DNA of 64,000 nucleotides from contig MU058337.1 of NCBI GenBank assembly GCA_013265495.1, positions 3,006,686-3,070,685 on the forward strand. Direction: 5' to 3'. A model generated the notes under the pieces. That model was not told the origin of the DNA. It made no database searches and saw nothing but the letters and a program-made list of their open reading frames with translations. Position numbers and translations under genes: made by a program. Below, piece after piece: positions 13,132 to 26,442 of the stretch. The stretch comes from Vicugna vicugna (taxonomy: Eukaryota). How positions within the stretch are numbered: position 1 is the first letter of the stretch; each line of letters starts with the position of its first letter.

Positions 13132-15007
13132 AGGTTTTAAAAGGACGTCTCCACCCGATTAATACTCTGCTTCAACCCGCTCTTCTATTATTCATTATAC
13201 ACTATTTTCAAACCCTCTTTCTCCCTTCTTTATCTTATTTTAAATAAGCTTCAGCAAAACATGCTTTTTCACTCTCATGGAGAAATTATTTTCTTTTTCT
13301 TTGCTCCAGCATCTGGAAAAGTATGGCTAGAAATCTGTATCAACTGAAAGAATTATTTTAAAAATGCAAAACAGTAAACAAATGAGAGGAGGAATGTCAT
13401 GATATCTTAATTTAAAGGTTCCGGGGCAGAGTTCTGCGATCTCAGACGAGCAGTTTGAATGTAAGGAGAGTTAGTTACAGTGCACAGTCTACTCAAAATC
13501 TTGCCAACACAACCAAACAAAAATTTTCTTCTTTGATCCTGAACAGGGGACAGAGCTTGTGTTTAACAGCTATGCTACGAACTGATGGAATTCATTAAAT
13601 ATTTAAGCCCCACCTGAAGCTATCACAAGACAAACAAAATCCTTGTCAGTGGTTCTAAAACAGAACTAGAAGGCGATGGAGAGGCATTTCCTTTTACAAG
13701 AGAACACATTTCTTATTACAGCTTTAGCAATGTTGAACACCGGGGCTGATCAGGGAATGAATATCCCACCAGTTATTGTGGGACAAAATCACAGCAGGTC
13801 ACACTGAGGAAAATTTTCTGAAACTTAAAAATGTAAAGTAAAATCAAAAGTATTAATTTTAAGAAAAAGTAGTAATTATCACATGCTTTAAACACTTACT
13901 TTAAGGTGGTAAAATTCTAAATGTAGAATCACATTGCTATGTATGAAATTGTTCAGTTTTGTTTTACTTTGTGTTCAAGTCTGATTTCCTTAAGGTAGAG
14001 ATGCTCTGAAGAATCTCATAATACAGAGGAATCTGAAATCAGAAACTGCGCGTGTGAAGATGGCTGGCTTCACGTATTACAGAGTATTTTTATATTATTT
14101 TTCTATTACAAGATTTTATATCAACCCTTACCTCACAAACCATTCTCCATCTAGAATTTTCTCATGTAGAGCAGTTTGGTTCAAATATAATTCTACTCAT
14201 GTCTCCTTTCCATTTTCAATTTGTGGATCAGAGGCAGTACTGCAGAACCACGAGAACTATATTCTGTGAAAAATACATGTGAAAGTTTTAACAGAAAGGA
14301 AGAGGTTAATACCTGGGGTGAGATAAATAGGAAAAGAACGTTTGTTTTAATGAAATCGTCCTGGACGTTGGCAGACCCAGCTTGCTGCTTACTGATTCCC
14401 TGCCATACAATGCCAGGCTCTTTTGCTCTTATTTTTTTTTTAAACAGAGACTATTGGGGGTAAAGTAGGATTCTACCCTCTTTCCTGTTGCTTTTCCCTT
14501 TAGTAATGGGAGGGGTTAGCTCAGGATGGAGTAGCTACTTGAAGAAAGTCATACATTTAAATCCAGTATTCCTATTTTCCTGAGAACTCTTCTGTCAGTT
14601 GAGTGTCTTCTACCATGAAATAAAAGGGGAAAATAAGTAGATAAATCTTCACACTGACTCCGAATGGATTAGAATGTTTTCTCACTCTCCTGTGGATAAT
14701 TTCACGGGAAGAGAAGATTGCTGTGCAAAGAGGAAGATCAGTCCAGAAAGGAGGTGAGCGGGACCACTGCAGCCAGTGCCTGGGTGCAGCAGCTGACATC
14801 AGAGAGGCTCCCAGGGAGGAGGGCAGAAGGCTACATACAGGAATTTCATGTCGTATGACACCTACCACTGATTCTCATGTTCTTTCATTTTTCCATCAAA
14901 AGGAGTTGGGTATTTTTAATGTTATATAATCTATGTATTCTATTTGAGGATGCGAAAGAATTAGTCAATATTTCAGTAAAATTTCCTAATATTGCTTAAG
15001 TTTTAAA

Positions 15008-15245
15008 TTAATAATAATATAGTCTTAAATTATTGAGTTCATACCATGTGTCAAATACTATCCTGTGTGTTTTGCATGCAACTTCTCATTTATTTTGTGA
15101 AATAAACCTGATAACTAGGCAGTCATAATATACTTGTTTACAAATGGAGAAATTGAGGCTTAGAAAGGTTCGTTAGCTGGAGACAATACAGAGTCAGGAT
15201 TTTAAACTAAATAGTCTAACTCTGAAGCCCATCCAACTAGCCATT
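15008..15245 (-). mobile_element. MIR SINE
   Basis: Core 'tttacaaatggagaaattgaggcttagaaaggtt' plus 'gagtcaggattttaaact...tctaactctgaagccc'. Confidence 0.75.
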
Positions 15246-15590
15246 AGACCCAGGGCTGTAATTTATTTTTAATCTTTCTTTTTAAGTGTAAATTGGTGTT
15301 CATGAGAAGTGCACATACAGGGCAATATTGAGATTTGTAGAGTCTTTATTCATAAATTCACCTAAATTCATAATGATTGAAAAAAAATACAAAATTTGAG
15401 GATTGGGTAAGAAAAGATTTACTCTTCTGGAGTAAATTCTATAATATGGATACTTTTAAACACCTATTTTAAGCAGGGTGGTTTGGCACTGAATAATTAT
15501 TTAAGTTAATTAAAGCAGATTAATAATGGATCCAAGTTACCAATACCTGGGCTCTGATTATGTGCAGCCACATATAAGCTATGAGTTACA

Positions 15591-15772
15591 CAGGGCTGTT
15601 GGGTTTGCATGAACATCTTGTGCACGACTCAAGGGCTCTTGACTCATGGAGCTGGCAGAGCTGAAACCCAGCCGCCTCTCTGTTCACCAAGCCTCATGAC
15701 TGAAGGTCTATATCCACTCCAGCAAGGTGCTTTTTGTTTTGCAAGAGTACCGGTTTGGCTAGTAGCCTCCTG
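15591..15772. mobile_element. hAT-Tip100 MITE (MER91-like)
   Basis: Starts 'cagggc', ends 'cctg'; internal 'gctgaaacccagccgcctctctgttcaccaagcc' resembles MER91-type consensus. Confidence 0.4.
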
Positions 15773-16239
15773 AGGTCACAAAAGAGCAAAGCTGGTGCGT
15801 TACAAAGGGTAACGATGGTGGTGATATTCAAGAAAGCTCTCCAATGGGCCATTTGGTGGGTCAGCTGAGAGACACGTTTTTACAACAGCAAGTATAAGAC
15901 AATGCATGAATAAGAACAGAGCCAAACAAAGGTTAGGTTAGTAAAGGTAGAGGAGGATGAGTCAAATTGAAGCAAGGGCATTCATACAATGGGATTCGGA
16001 GAATAATTTGAACTGAGTATTTCCTAGGGTCCAGTCTTTACTACCATAAAGTTTCATTATTGGAGTAGCTTTCTCAAAAGTCAGTACTGAGATAAATCAG
16101 GTTTTAGTCACGTATTGTCATAGGTTCCTCATTAGGACGGCTGTCCAATGACTTTTGTTCAGGGAATTCTGTCTCCCGATATCTAAGACTTTCTAACAGT
16201 CCTTGAAAGCACAGTGCTAACAAAGGAAACACAATTCAT

Positions 16240-16244
16240 TGTAA

Positions 16245-16293
<49 letters not shown>

Positions 16294-16312
16294 CACACAC
16301 ACACACATACAC
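16240..16312. repeat. (ATGTAT)n + (CA)n microsatellite
   Basis: Directly visible. Confidence 0.95.
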
Positions 16313-16779
16313 TTAACATAGTATTAAGGTTAGACTCTGAAATACTGCAGTGTATTTCTCAAGCCATCTCTGTATCCTCCAATTGGAGTGTTATAGGTAA
16401 AGTTGAAGTGTACTAGACAAACACATACACTGATTTTCTACTCTTAAATTCACTTTCCATATTTATATTTAAATAAATGTTTACCAGCTCTGCTGTATAT
16501 ACAAGAAGGCTAAATATAGAAGCAGTCAGTAATATAGAAAAATGAGTCTTTCATGTCCTTATATTCTGCTGTAAGTAAATTCAAGAAAAAAAATATAACA
16601 CTGCAATATGTGTCCGATAAAATTATCTAAACACTGTTTAAAATCATCTGTTTAAGAAGAAGGGATATGAGTACTCCTTAAATTAAAGAAGAATAATTGA
16701 TGAGAAAGTCCAAGGGGACCTCAATTTGGAAATGTGCACAAGGTAAATGACTGTTCATTGATTTTTTTATTATAGTGAC

Positions 16780-16805
16780 TCCCCGGTGGTCTGGTGGCTA
16801 GAATT
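16780..16805 (+). pseudogene. 26-nt fragment resembling the 5' end of tRNA-Glu
   Basis: TCCCCGGTGGTCTGGTGGCTAGAATT versus recalled tRNA-Glu(TTC) 5' TCCCTGGTGGTCTAGTGGCTAGGATT (23/26). The rest of the tRNA is absent. Confidence 0.45.
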
Positions 16806-17569
16806 TCTTCTTCTTATTAAAACTCCAGGATATTGCAACTTTGAAACATACATCTCAGCAAATAACAGTAATTTCAGGGAGAATCAGAACAAGTGATTTG
16901 TTAAAAATCAAAATGTATCACGTTTGTGCTTCAGTTTTCTGTGTCGCTGTGCAGATAATAATTCTTTTCTCTTATTATAAAACTGGCTTAATTCCTTTAA
17001 TAAAATTAGTACCAACTGGGTTCCCATAGGGAAGGAAATCTTTTTTCTATATTTTTTTCATGTTTCTTTTTCCTGTAAAGAGAGAAACAACAGAGTTTGT
17101 GATACATATATGTTTTTACTAATTACGGCTTGTAGAGTCAATTCCAGCTGTGGCCCAGCTGGATTTGAAGCAATGTGTGGTTCGTTAGGTTCTAATCGGC
17201 CTTTCTGTATCACTTTCCTGGAAAGCCCGGTATCAACATACCTGATTCCCCATGGATGCTTTCAGTTAAATAGGTAAGCAGACAGAAGTCATTAGGTAGA
17301 CTGAAAGTCAAATGTTTTATTTATCTTTTAATAGCTGAAGAGTTGTGTGATTTTTATCAACTTCAAAGAGCAACCTTTTACACTAACCTTTGTATAAACT
17401 TCAACAAACCTAGATTTTCTTGACTCAGAGGAGGGAAAATATGTATAACCTGGGATAAAATGTCTCATTAACCTTTTAACAAATTAAATATCATGTATTT
17501 TAACAAAGAAATGAATTGTCAACTATATAAAACTTACAATATTTAGTAAGAGCTTAAATGTCTATTCTT

Positions 17570-17795
17570 TAATAATAACTAGTATTTTGGAGGCATTTAA
17601 AATGAGCTAGGTCTTGTTCTATGTAGTTATATGTTTAAAGTCATTTCTTCCTCATAAATCTTGATGAATGAAAGAGGAAACTGAGGCACAGATGGGTTAA
17701 GGGATTCATCCAATGTTGCACAAATAGTAAATGATGGAACTAGGTTTAGATCACAAGTCATCCAGGTCTGGAAAAGAAACCCTTAGTCACTCCAC
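17570..17795 (-). mobile_element. MIR SINE
   Basis: Core 'gaggaaactgaggcacagatgggttaagggattcatccaatgttgcaca'. Confidence 0.8.
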
Positions 17796-18019
17796 CCCAG
17801 CAGCTTCTCATAAGGTAGAGGTTTTCAAACAAAGTTCTAAGAGTCAAATTCTAACTTCTTATGTTGTTGGTAGCATGGATAATACTAAACAGTCAAGAAT
17901 CCTTCTTCCGAAAAGGTAAACACCAAATGTATAAAAATAGGGAAAACATGAATTACTTATTGAAACAGCATTCATCATTTAATGAACAAATCTGAAAAGC
18001 GAGATTCCACTTAAATTCC

Positions 18020-18540
18020 AATAGGGAGAGGCAGAAAGTAATCAATTGAACAACCCATCCATGGTAAGCTTGATGTGGGAAATAAAGGAGAGCACTGTCA
18101 GAGGGAGAGGAATTCTGGGGAGGTGAGGGGTGGGGATGGCGGAATAGCGGCTGAGATGGCATTCCCAGTCCCTGAGATAGAAGACCCTAATGTGTGTCAT
18201 CTGAGTTTAGTCCTGAGAAAGAGCAAGAGGACCCAAGGCTGTGAGTGAGGTGCAGGCACTTGAAGAGCAGTGGGGAGGAGAGCAGGTCTAGAGCATTCCA
18301 GGTGACAAGGTGTTGTTGGGGGTGAGGTTGGAGAGGAGGTCTGGGCCAGATCCCGTGGACCTCACAGGTGATAGCGGAGAGGTGAGGCAGGCTGGACAGG
18401 GGCACAATTGGCTGTATGTTTTAAATGACCACTCTGCTTGAGGGGTATGGAATGCGTGGGGCTGAGCCAAGAGCAAAGGAGAGCCAGGCTGGGAATCAGT
18501 GCCAAGGGAGAAAAGCGATGGGGTCAGGACACACTGAGAT
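18020..18540 (-). mobile_element. L2 fragment(s)
   Basis: Purine-rich degenerate L2 motifs ('agagcattccagg', 'gggccagatc', 'ttttaaatgaccactctgct'). Confidence 0.55.
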
Positions 18541-20640
18541 GCAGAGTGCAGCATCTAGATGGCACTTGACAGTTCCCAAAGAACTTTCCATCCCACACAG
18601 CCGACAATCAAGCTGTGAGATGAAGTAACATCTCACTGGGGGGAGCAGTTCGCTCTTTGAAAGTGCAGGACAAAACACCCAAAAGGTCTGATTCAGCTGG
18701 AACACTACCTAAAGATGGAAAGCAAACGTTGCCTGGATTCACCGCAAGGGCTAGCTGTTTATTCGATTAGCACAAGAGTGGAAATAGACGCATTACTGTT
18801 TCTCAACACTCAACACCCTTGAATCAGAGGGCCAGGGTGCAGGGAAAGTGATGCATACATATTGACAGCTCTCATTACAGAGCACACTTTGGTTTTTCTC
18901 CTTGTAAGCAGCAGGTCCCTGGTTTGGTGGCCTCCGGAGCACGTGAAGGAGATCAAGGCTGATAAGCTTCTCCCTAGGCAAAAACACAAATGGGAAAAAT
19001 GTAGCCTGCACTTTCACAGAGCAGAGAAGGGACAGAATCAAAGTGTCCTGTGCCAGGACATGGGCTGGCCCTTCCCTTCTGAGTCCAACCCGCCATTAAA
19101 ATATTGATCTCCACAGACTCCTAGTCACTTCATTTCTAACAATAAATGTTTTCAATTTACTCTTGTTTTTTCTACTGTAGGCAAGGGCATGCTCTAAGCT
19201 CTAAAAGTAGAAATGGCGATGATAATAAAAGTGGTGCTCTGGGCAGGTGTTTGGAGAACCCAGATGATCTAGGTGACATGAGCATCACCCGTGCTCCTCT
19301 CAAGCAACTCTTGTGATGTGGACATTTGTCTTGAGATTAATCATGTAAAGATACACAGAAGTTGTCCTTTATCATATCTATGCTTAATTACAAATATCTT
19401 TCCACATTTCCTGACTCTTCACTCTCAAACAGCATGCTTAAGACGCGTCAGGTAGAAGAGACAACCAATTCTTCTCTTTGCTGTTACGTGCATAATGTTT
19501 TGAACCTTCCTTGATTGTCCAGTGTCCCTTCCCTCCTGCTCAAATGCTACCCTATCCATTAACATCACTTCCACATCCTCTAATGTATTCCATCCCTTTC
19601 TTTTGTGCATCCATAGACCTTAGTTGAAGAGTTATTTAAATTTGGGTTAGAGTTCTCATACTAGATTACACGTCACCGTTCCCTATATCCACTACAAGAC
19701 TTCTCATCATACTGTCCACAAAATTATTTCCTGACAGATGTCCATGAAATCAGATAATGTGAATGCAGTGCTTAGCTTAGTGCCTGTCACAGGAAAACCC
19801 TCAGTAAGCCATACCTGTTATTATTGCACGAATTGATGGTTGGGTGGATAAATCTGTTGTAGATACATGTTTTTCATGTATATGTAACGAAACTAGAACC
19901 TTTGCCTTGACCAGCAATAATCTGCAAAAAAACCTATAATAAGGGAGCAGGGCTTTTACTTTGAAGATTTCTAGGGGAGAAAGAGGTGTTGCGATCGCAA
20001 GAGAAGCAAGAAGATAGAAAGAAGCTCTTGAGGAGAGAGACTTCGCCAACAGAGGGAGGCTGGAAGAGCGGATATAAAAAGCCCTGCACAGTGCCTGGCA
20101 CAGAAATAGCTGTAGGAATACTCCTGTCAATTGAATGTTCTCCACACAGAAGAATTTAATTAAAATTCATGAATTCATGGATTTTTTTTTTATTTGAGTT
20201 GGAGAGACCATAAAAGTGTTTGGAAGTCACAGAAAGAAAGAGCCTTTCTTCTTACATGGAACATTGGAGCTGCAGGGATGAAGCTTTTGCTTAGTGTGCG
20301 GGTAGAATTGGCGCAGAGCTAGAAGAAGAGAAACGGGACTCGGGCAGCTGGACGCCTCATGCCTGGGACAGGAGTCGGTGCCATCGCTGCTTACTTTCAA
20401 TTTGGTCACTGGGTTGCAGATATTACACTATAAATCTGACTTTGTAGGAACGTGATCTACTAAACTCTCAGTGCTCATTTCAGTTGCACACAATGGAGAG
20501 GTAACTGAAGAGACTGCAAGGGGCAGATCTGTGCTGCACAGGCAGCGGCTGCTATTATAGGAAAACTCTAGTGCCGCTGATGCTGTCTGCTTATTTTGGG
20601 TGGGGAATGCTTTGTTTTGTTTTGTTTTTGAAGCATTGAT

Positions 20641-21118
20641 TAAGGAGGCTGAATAATGTCCCTTCAAAGATACCCTTTCCTAATTCCTGGAACCTGTAAA
20701 TCTTATAGATCAAAAGAAACTTTGAGGTATGATTAAGTTACAGATCTTGAGGTGATGAGATTTGTCCTCATTTAACTTCAGGTGAGCCCTGAATGTTATC
20801 ACAAGTGTCCTTATGAGACGGAAGCAAAAATGTCAAAGGAGGATGTAGGAGATATGATGGCAGAATCATGAGACTGCGGTGATGGGAGGGAGGGGTCATG
20901 AGCCAAGGAAAGCAGGTGTTCTCCAGAAGCTAGAAAACCAATGAAAGATTCTCTTCTACAGACTCCAAAGGGAACCAGCCCTATCAAGACCTTGACTTTA
21001 GTCCAGAAAGACTGATCTGGGGCTTGCGGCTTCCGGAACAGTGAAAGAATCAATGTGCATGGCTTTAAGCCACTCAGGTCATGGTCATTTGTTACAGCAG
21101 CTATAGGACACTAATACA
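20641..21118 (+). mobile_element. MaLR LTR (MLT1D-like)
   Basis: 'ctgaataatgtcccttcaaagat...ctaattcctggaacctgt' through 'tttgttacagcagctataggacactaataca'. Confidence 0.85.
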
Positions 21119-21689
21119 AATGCCTATGGAGGGAATCACATTAAATGCCATTCTTGTGTTATGAAGAGTATGGTGAGGAATTTAAGGACGCTGCCTTTAC
21201 ACAACCAATCTGAGTGGTCTGAGATCGAAGGAAGTCAGTGTCTTGGGTGGAGTGGCCTCATAGTTTTCCGTGTAACTGGAAAAAGAGAGGATCTAGGTGA
21301 AGAGAGCATATCACCACTTTTCCCGTTGGATGCAGTTCTTATGACTTGGGAATTTATATTCAGAGTAATCTGGTCAAAATGCACAGAAGTAGCTTCGTCA
21401 CATACCTCCATCTATTTACTGATGTCTTACCAAAGAGGCATGAGGACATGTGAAGGTTGACAGCAAATGTTTCTTCTACATTTAATTCAGTTTTAAGCTG
21501 GCCCTACAGATGTTACTTCAGGATGGAGAACAGATGTGTTTTGCGCACCATCAAGACTACTGGAATATTCTGAGAACAACCTGAATTCCGCAGTTTTATT
21601 ACTGTGCAAGTATATGCTGCCAAGTTTTGACTTTAACATACATTTAGGATGCGGTAATTGGGGTATTTGATTCACCTTCCAATCAGATG

Positions 21690-21860
21690 TGTTCACTCTA
21701 TTCAATAAACAGTAGCTGTTTCCTGCCTCCTATAGGGAACCTCTGTGCTAGGTTCAGGAATAAGACACTCCTTATTCTTAAGAATCTCAGAGATTAGGGA
21801 GGGAAATGGATAAGCATATGGGGATATTCAAGGATGAAGGCAGGGTGTTGCAGGAGCACA
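21690..21860 (-). mobile_element. L2 3' end
   Basis: 'ttcactctattcaataaaca...ctgtgctagg...ttcttaagaatctcag'. Confidence 0.5.
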
Positions 21861-23161
21861 AATATGAGGGCTGGGGGAAGACTTAAATTAGATAGACTCC
21901 CACAGTGATTGAAGGGAGGGGAAGAAGGTTGTAAACAAATTATACAAATACAGCTTAAACATAATCAATCCTCCTGCTACTTTTTAAAATAGCTTTCAGA
22001 AGACGTTTATTTAATGTGTGACTGTTCAAAAAGCACACCGTTCATATGTTCAATAAAACCCTGGGAGATTTTCTGCCTGGCAACCATCGATGTTAATGCC
22101 GTCCTGTGGTTAAATCTGCATGTGTTACTTTGACAAACTACCGTGACACACTAAATGCTGTATGTTGGATTGTAGGATGGCAATTGCTGATTTCAGTGAC
22201 CTGGAGTAAACAATTTTAGGGAGAAACTCTTCCCTATTCCACTTCTTCCATTTCACATACCGAGAATTAATACCAACAGAAAACTGTGGTGAACTTGGCA
22301 TACTGAAATAATTCTCACCTTCAAATTTGTAAAGCCACAATATACTTCCTTTAGGAAGCTTTCATAACCTCAAAGAGAACTCTAAAACACCAGAATCCCT
22401 GAAATCCCGACACAGTGCACAGAGGAACATGTGCCTTCCAGCAATCTTTAGGTTTTGCCAGGAATGTAAATATGACAGACTTTGGAGCCATCCCACATTT
22501 TAATTCAAATTCAATAAATCCTATGCCAGGGCCTCTGTGTAAATAGAAGTCTTTCAAGGGGGAATCAAATATAGAAGCAATTTGAAAAGAAACCTGAATT
22601 ATTCCTTTAAATAAACTCTGGAAGTGAAACTAAATTAAACACTAGGGTCTTATTTTCTCACTGAGGCTCTAGATTCTAAGATGAAATTTAAGGAAATCAC
22701 ATGACAGGTTATTGTGACGATGGTTGATCATGGCAGTTTATTTGAAACCAATTTACCAGCTTGTTGTATCTTCAACCTAAATTGACCGGTTCTTGGAAAT
22801 GGCTGCATCTACCACATATTTCCTTGTCGTTAACTTGTAGCTTTTCCAAATCAACTCAAATGGCTGGGCTAATTTTATGGAAACCACTTTAGAGGAGAAA
22901 ATATAAATTGCTATTTTTCAATGTTGCCATTTGTTCTGAGATCTTTAAACATAAAGAATATCCTGAGAACACCAAAATTAACTTCTAAAGAGATTTATGT
23001 ATATTTTATGTCTTTCGGAAAATATTTCAAGCAATTTGGAAACTAGAGATTAAGATGATCATACACATGCTGAGAAATCCTATCCATATAAGACATTTGA
23101 ATGACTTTTAATTAGGTAATTAAGTGTTTTGGTGACTTCAGTTTCCCTCCTGTACGAGTTG

Positions 23162-23408
23162 TACAGTTGACTTAGAACAACATGGTTGTTAAGAGCACTG
23201 ATCCAATTTGATAAAAATTCACTCTGTTTTCAGGGAGGGAAATGAACTAAAGGCAGTAAGTCAGCAGGCAGGAAAATGAATTGGAAGGACTTTGATAAGG
23301 TACAGTTGACGCTTGAACAAGGGTTTGAACTGCATGGGTCACTTACACAAGGAGTTTTTTCAGTGTAAATACTACAGTACCACACTATCTGTGGTTGGTT
23401 CAATCAAT
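23162..23408 (+). mobile_element. Two Tigger2-family terminal fragments (TcMar-Tigger)
   Basis: TA|CAGTTGAC..GAACAA at 23162 and again at 23301. The second continues 'gggtttgaactgcatgggtcactta', matching the Tigger2/MER28-type terminus. Confidence 0.7.
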
Positions 23409-23728
23409 GTCCAGCTAGCGAAGGAGAGGCTCCAAGCAAGAGTTCAGCAGGCAGAGGGAACTGGATCAAAGATCACTGAAAACAAAGTGCAAAGATGAAA
23501 AACTAGCACAGACTGATTGAGATACTAAGATACATTTCTGCCACATGAAATGTATTCTTGAGCAACAAAGATAGTTTTTTTTTTTAATTTCTTGGAACCT
23601 CTAGACTTCTTAAAAGGAAGCAATATAAAATCAAAGGAACTGGACTGTGAATCAGGAAAAAGCTGGAATTTGTAATTTGATTTGGAGCAATTTAGTTACA
23701 TTTACTGGGTTTTTATCCATCTTTAGTT

Positions 23729-23902
23729 GAAAGAAAGAAAGGAAGAGAGAAAGAAAGAAAGAGAGAAAGAAAGAGAAAGAAAGAAAAGGAGGAAGGGAGG
23801 AAGGAAGGAGGGAGGAAGAAAGAAAGAAACAAACAAACAAAGAAACAAAGAAAGGAAGAAAGAAGGAAAGAAAGGAAGAAAGAAGGAAAGAAAGAAAGAA
23901 AA
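23729..23902. repeat. (GAAA)n/(GGAA)n polypurine microsatellite
   Basis: Directly visible. Confidence 0.95.
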
Positions 23903-24129
23903 GGGTTCTGTAACTCTCTGAGTCCTTATATTTCTGATATAACTGACCATCCCATCTTACTCTTGCAGTTGCAAAGTCCTCCTCACTCATTTTCTTGCCT
24001 ACTGACTTACTGCCTTTATTGGATCCTTTCCTAACAACTTTCTTTAACACCCTCTACCTCCCCTATTATTTCATTCTCTGCACTTTATTCCAGAACTTTT
24101 CTGGAAGTTCTGTTACAGTTGGAGGTTGT

Positions 24130-24222
24130 CTGCATCACTCATGGTCACTCCAGTGCTTAGCACAGAGCGTGGCACCCAGAGAGCTTTCAATACTTTATCG
24201 TTGAATATGTGAACAAATGAAT
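24130..24222 (+). mobile_element. L2 3' end
   Basis: 'ccagtgcttagcacagagcgtggcaccca...ttgaatatgtgaacaaatgaa'. Confidence 0.7.
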
Positions 24223-24595
24223 AGAAAAATTACATGACTTCTAAGGAGTCAAATAAGGAGTAAGAAGCATGGATTGATTCCTATTATTTCCTCATTGCTA
24301 AAAAACAAATTCTACTCTTTTCTTACCTTCTAGACCAAAGAATAATAGTAAGATTTTAATAACTACTTACTTTGCTTTTTCCAACAAGATTCCTCCTGAG
24401 AGAATCTGACAAAAAAAGAAGGAAAAAAAAGTATGATTGGTACATTGCACAAAACCCCAGTGAAATCAATACATGTTATAGCCAAAGTTTTGGATAGAGT
24501 AGCCTACTAATCTGATGGGAAAAAAAATGGATAGCTGATAAAAAAAATCTACTCAGATTTCTTCCATAATATTAGTAAATATTAAAGGCATTTAA

Positions 24596-24752
24596 AACTA
24601 TATTCAATATCTTATAGTAGCTTATTTGTGAAAAAAAATATGAAAATGAGTAAATGTATGTTCATGTATGACTGAAGCATGACGCTGTACACCAGAAATT
24701 GACACAAATAGTAAACTGACTATACTTCAATCAAATATATATGTACAAAAAA
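24596..24752 (+). mobile_element. 5'-truncated young L1 3' end
   Basis: 'aactatattcaatatctt...gctgtacaccagaaattgacac...actgactatacttcaat' followed by an A-rich tail. Confidence 0.85.
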
Positions 24753-26442
24753 CCTAATTTTAATAATAATTTAATAGAACTGATATAATTGACTATAATT
24801 GACTAATATAACTGATATAACTGACCCACCAAATAACCATAATAAATTATCAATCTAGATGAACAATCTGACTTGTTCAAAATTATATAATTGCCGAATA
24901 TTTCTAGTTGTTCATTTGGGGTAATAAGGCCTCATTAAACTATTGTCTTCACTTTATATACATTTGAAATTTTTCATAATAAAAAATTAAACAATATGTG
25001 GCCAAACTTTTAAAATAAGACAAAAATATGAGAAGACAAAAAAATGACCTTTCTCTTTATTTATATTTGTCTTAAAACTTGTATTTCTATATGAACATCC
25101 TGAACATTTTCAAGGATCCATCCATTAATATTCAATTTTGATTTGAGATTGACCAGGTAAAGATAGGCGAGATTACAACATATCTGTGATGTTTTTCAGT
25201 ATTTTGACAGTGGAGTCTGTCAAAATGCTATTAGTCTGAAAACACTACGTTCATTCTTACTCTGTGACTCTAGCAGAGATGCTGCAGTCTTCAAAGGGCC
25301 CAGCTCACCACTAGCACATGGCTCACCTGCCAGTGAGGTTTGGGCACTTAAAATATAATTACCATAGCTTTTAGCAGTGCATTCTTTTCATTTATTTTTA
25401 CAGAAGAAAAATGTCAACACCAAGAGATTATACATACAATGCACTGAAATCTATGGCCTATTTTGCATGGCAGCTTAAAAGGTAACCCAAGCGAAATGCA
25501 GGCAGTAACTTGACTTGTAACTCGGCTGGATGAGAGCAAATCTGCTCTTATCCAGAATACATACGGGAGTGTTTGTGTTAGATATGCCTGGTCCAAGGAA
25601 CGTCTCTGACCAGCAATTTGACTTCCCATAATAGCAGCTCGCTTGAGGCATATATCAAGAAAAATATGCTTCCTGGATCAATTTAGATATGGTGAAACAA
25701 GGCTGTGCACTCAGTGCTACGAGGAGGGAGCTCAGCCTCCGTAAACCATGCGGCCTGGTAGCGTGATTACTGCGCCGCAAAGCGAAGCTGAGGGGAATCA
25801 TTCACTGAGGAGCCTGCGTTTGTGGGGCTCAACCCCAGATGCTGCCCTGGGTACAGTGTGAATTGAAGGACATGAGTTGCTCTCTAGTCCCTTTTAATCT
25901 ATTTGAGAGCTGTCACACATAAATGAAATTAACAGCCCTCATAACATGAAATAGGTCAAGTGGAATTATAGTAACTTTCTGTGCTAAAACCATGTTTCCA
26001 CTATAATATGGGGTTGGTGCTTACGCAGCAAAAACCGATTTTGGAGTCCAGGGTGATTAGCCAAAAACTATGTTTTTGCTTTGTTTGGTTTTTATGAAAA
26101 TAAGGGTTTTAGCTTCACCAGCATATAATAATGAAGACAAGATGAGATTGGCATGTGAGATTGTGCAGTCAAATAGTGGAAAAGATATGCCAAAAATTAT
26201 GAGATACAATCTCAATGCGGAAGGGAAAATAAATGAAGTGGATTCATTGTAAGTGTTATCCTGAGATGGATCAGATGCAGATGAGATCTCGGGTTACACA
26301 TACTGTGGTTTATTATTCTTTGCTCTACTATTTGTCTTCATGAGCTATCTTCCTAACTACTACAAACACAAAAATATCCAACAGATATTAGAACCGGATT
26401 AAATTCTTGAACACAAACAGAGCCTCTTGCTCCGTAAGTAAT

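Noticed and set aside
12921..13140. F/S/L-rich ORFs (also the K/E/R-rich ORFs at 23652-24050)
   Set aside because: They are translations of (TTTC)n/(GAAA)n microsatellites.
8288..20052. Exact 15-mer AGACTTCGCCAACAG at 8288-8302 and 20038-20052
   Set aside because: About one or two exact 15-mer pairs are expected by chance in 64 kb, and the similarity barely extends.
24775..24826. Short degenerate tandem repeat (actgatata/attgactata)
   Set aside because: Simple slippage repeat beside an L1 tail; there is no repeat-spacer structure, so it is not CRISPR-like.
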